Of a DNA stretch of 64,000 nucleotides, positions 61,100 to 64,000 are shown one piece after another. The translations under genes and the position numbers were made by a program. The DNA is from Cirrosporium novae-zelandiae (Eukaryota). The stretch is from contig JAPETS010000020.1 of NCBI GenBank assembly GCA_026023565.1, positions 372,001 to 436,000 on the forward strand. Direction: 5' to 3'. The first letter of the stretch is position 1, and every line of letters begins with the position of its first letter. A model generated the notes under the pieces. That model worked only from the letters and a program-made list of their open reading frames with translations, had not been told where the DNA came from and did not search any database.

Positions 61100-61830
61100 A
61101 GGTAGATAGTAGGTAGTAGGAAGCAAGTATGGGGGGGGGGTGTTCTTAGCTTCCTCATTCTACTGGTTTTCTTTTTTTGCCCTTCCTCATAAAAATAACT
61201 AAGCAAAGAACCGGAATCAAATGCGGCAAATCCCCTTCGAACCAATCCCTCCGAAAAGGGGACCCAATACCTCCTTCTCCTAACATCCAACATCCAAGCT
61301 ACTAACCCCCCCCCTTCTCTCCCTTTGACCCCCCTCCCTTTCCCAATCCCCCTTTAAATCCCATCCCATTAAGAGAGACCAAAAACAGGAAGCTAAGAAT
61401 TTAAATACCGTAATACCCCATTTTCTTTTTTCCGGTTTGGGTCTAATTGGCTATTTAGTTTTTTATTAATTTTGATGATAATAATAAAGTATTTTGTCCT
61501 TAACGAGGGGGAATGGGAATGTGAATAAGTAGTGGTGGTGGAGGTGCATAGGGACATAGGGACATAGGAACATAGGACATAGGCAAGCGTGAAGATGAAG
61601 GGGATGTGAAGTTAGGTAGGTTTGGTGAGATTGGTGTGTGTGTGTGTATGTATGTTGGAAGTTTGCTGTAAGTCTGAAATTAAGGTAATTTATCTATCTA
61701 TCTATTTACTTGTATGGTGTATGGTATATAGTGTGTGTAAAGTGTTATGGAAATCGAAAAATCGAGAACAAACAAGGGAGAGTGAGAATGAGAGTGAGAG
61801 TGAGAGTGAGAGTATGGAGACGGAAGTTTG
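61100..61830. repeat. Low-complexity spacer with short tandem repeats
   Basis: GGGACATA-type unit x4 near 61550-61582, (GAGAGT)n near 61778-61813, (TG)n, poly-G and poly-C. Confidence 0.75.
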
Positions 61831-62181
61831 GCGTTTATGGCCGCTTCGGGTGCCGTAATTTTTTTATTTTATTTGCCAGGCAAATTTCTAGGGTTTTAGA
61901 TGCGGGGAGGAGGGGGAAACGTAGGTTTTATTAGAATGATGCTGGCTAATATAATATACTGCAGAGTTCTTGCAAGATGAAGGAGATGGGCTTTAGTAGA
62001 TACTTGTAAAATACTAGGTAGGTTGGTTAGGGAAGCAAAAGCGCAATACGTTGGGTCCATTGTGACGGGGACGATGTGTCGTCGTCACAGACCAAGGTAA
62101 CTCGGAGACTTTCATATGAAAGTTCTTGAAAATGACAGAGGTGGAAGTGGGGGGGGGGCCTAGATAGAAAAGTTTTTTTTC

Positions 62182-63421
62182 CTATTTTTCATCGTAGTAG
62201 AACCATTCGGAACTTGTCGCTACATATAGGATCGAGATACCCATGATGGGAGCAAGCGTGCCATCAGAATTCAACATGGGGGAATAATCTGTGGTGTTGT
62301 AGAAAGCTTGCACGGATAATTCATCGCCTATGTTGAGGAAGCTTTGCTTTGGATTGCATGTAATTGAGGAGATGTGTACCATTTCCATGTCCATGTCCAT
62401 GCTCATACTCATGTTCATGGACTCGTCTGATGCCATCTCGATATAACCAGGGCTCTCTCCATATGCGGCAACGCATTCAGATAGGATGTTATCGTTTTTC
62501 AAGACTTCGAGGTGTGTTCCGCCGTCATGGAGATGTCCCCATATCAGATTTATTTCGCCGGAAAAGTCTGCTGTCCAGGGTGGTTCCATGGAGTATTCGA
62601 ACGAAGAATTTGCCATCGCTGGCATCTCCGAATTGGACGTGCAGTTGCTGTCGATATCGAGCCAGATGGAAGTCACCGGTTTGAAGGTTTGTGGGACAGA
62701 TGAGATATATTCGTAAGTGATGGTGACGACAGCTTCGCGAGGGTCTGGGGTCTCGTTCATCAGCTCTACCACCATGGCCAAATAGTCGTTTGATTTTAGA
62801 TAGTAGCCAGCTTTTTGGGTCCTAATATAGCGTCAGCGTTAAGCCCATTTGACTTCGTGTAAAAAGCCCTTTACCCATTGACACACAGATCAACCGGGGT
62901 CCGCTCATTTCCGGACGCAAAGAAGCGATCTCGGCTCAACCATCCAGCCGAAGTTCCACAGGTCGTGCTGGCCCTTCCCCCATTGAATATCACAACATGG
63001 TGAAGCCACATGCCCGTGTTTGAATTCGCATAAGTTCCATTTGGATATTCAAGGCCACCTCGCATCCATGTTATCACGCAATCAGAGCAGGGCATCGTGA
63101 TATTGACATCGAAATATGACCACATCCCACTGTTGTTGGTGTTTGATGGTGCGGTATAAGGCCCATAGCTTATTTTAACCCTCTCAGAATGGTATTTGGG
63201 AAAGTATTGCGGATCCAGGTGAACAACGTTAGTATCATTTATTATATTTGCGCTGTCTACAAGAATTTTCGTTAGATAATGATAGAATAAACATGTGGAT
63301 AAATTAGCAATAGGTGCTACTTACATGGAGCTCCGGCATTCGTTTTTTTGGCTTGAACACCTGCAGAAACTGCAGTGAAGATGCTTAGAAAACCATTGAG
63401 GACTTTAATAAAGCAAACCAT
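62182..63421 (-). CDS. Secreted protein with PHM/DBH-like (SURNod19-like) copper-monooxygenase motifs and a Met-rich loop (3 exons)
   Basis: Signal peptide MVCFIKVLNGFLSIFTAVSA; RVKISYGPY, MPCSDCVIT, GLEYPNG, GMWLHH, FFASGNERT, VELMN, WLDI, GHLHDGG, MNMSMSMDMDMEM, HISS, PIMGI. Introns at about 63263-63324 and 62822-62873. Confidence 0.75.
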
Positions 63422-64000
63422 CTTGCTGACGAGAATTGTTTAATTAACATAGTTATAAAGTCGGGCTCAAGTCTATATATAAGGAGCTCCATGGCTCAAG
63501 GCATCCATGGGTAGAGGAATGTGAGGTCATATTAACTCACACAGAAGCCTTCGAGGATTTGGCTGTGTAATGTCTTGCTCGTATTTGCATTTTCAGCGTC
63601 TTACGAAGGCATTCCATGCTGTACAACTGTCAAGAAACTCATGATTGGTCATTTTTGAGGCGTTGAGCTGGTGGATCTAAAACAAGAATTCAACACGTTG
63701 ATTAATTAGTTGATTGATTGATTTATTAAACCGATCCTTATAATTTGTCCATTCAGATATACTATACGAGAACTAGCAATATCATATCGAGGCATGGTTC
63801 AAGGTTGATAGTTTGATGGAGGATTGTTGACCTGGTAGGAAAGGACTGTTTGTTATGTTTGCAATCATATCGAGCTGTGACTTCATGATGGTGTAGAGCT
63901 TGAATCTGACATGTTACAAATCTTGATCTATTCCAAACTACCTAGGTAGATACGTTGTCGTTGTTGCCTGGAAATTCAGCCAAGTGATCGCCAAATACTT

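Overview
Eukaryotic DNA from a filamentous ascomycete (Pezizomycotina-type short GT..CTAAC..AG introns). The centre holds the compact fungal biotin cluster: bifunctional bioDA (-), divergent bioF (+, C-terminal PTS1 SRL) and convergent bioB (-). About 3.6 kb away is a ketopantoate-reductase-family gene that also ends in a PTS1-type tripeptide (ARL). The flanks are accessory-type: a secreted nucleoside hydrolase, a divergent SDR/amidohydrolase pair, a HET-domain protein, two atypical kinase-like genes, a PhiA-like secreted protein, a sugar porter, a GT61, a second SDR, a Tri101-like acyltransferase, a HOL1-like MFS, an FMO and a secreted protein with a PHM-like copper-monooxygenase ligand set. 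At least five disabled genes can be read by hand: a GMC oxidoreductase, a multi-TM protein, a polyamine oxidase, a long Cys/Ser-rich ORF and a BTB protein. Most of their stops are TAG at Trp/Gln-type positions. Several genes beside microsatellite-rich spacers show an orientation-independent C-rich to G-rich skew that flips in phase with exons and introns. No rRNA, tRNA, CRISPR or intact transposon was recognised. All product calls come from motif recognition by eye, and intron boundaries are approximate.
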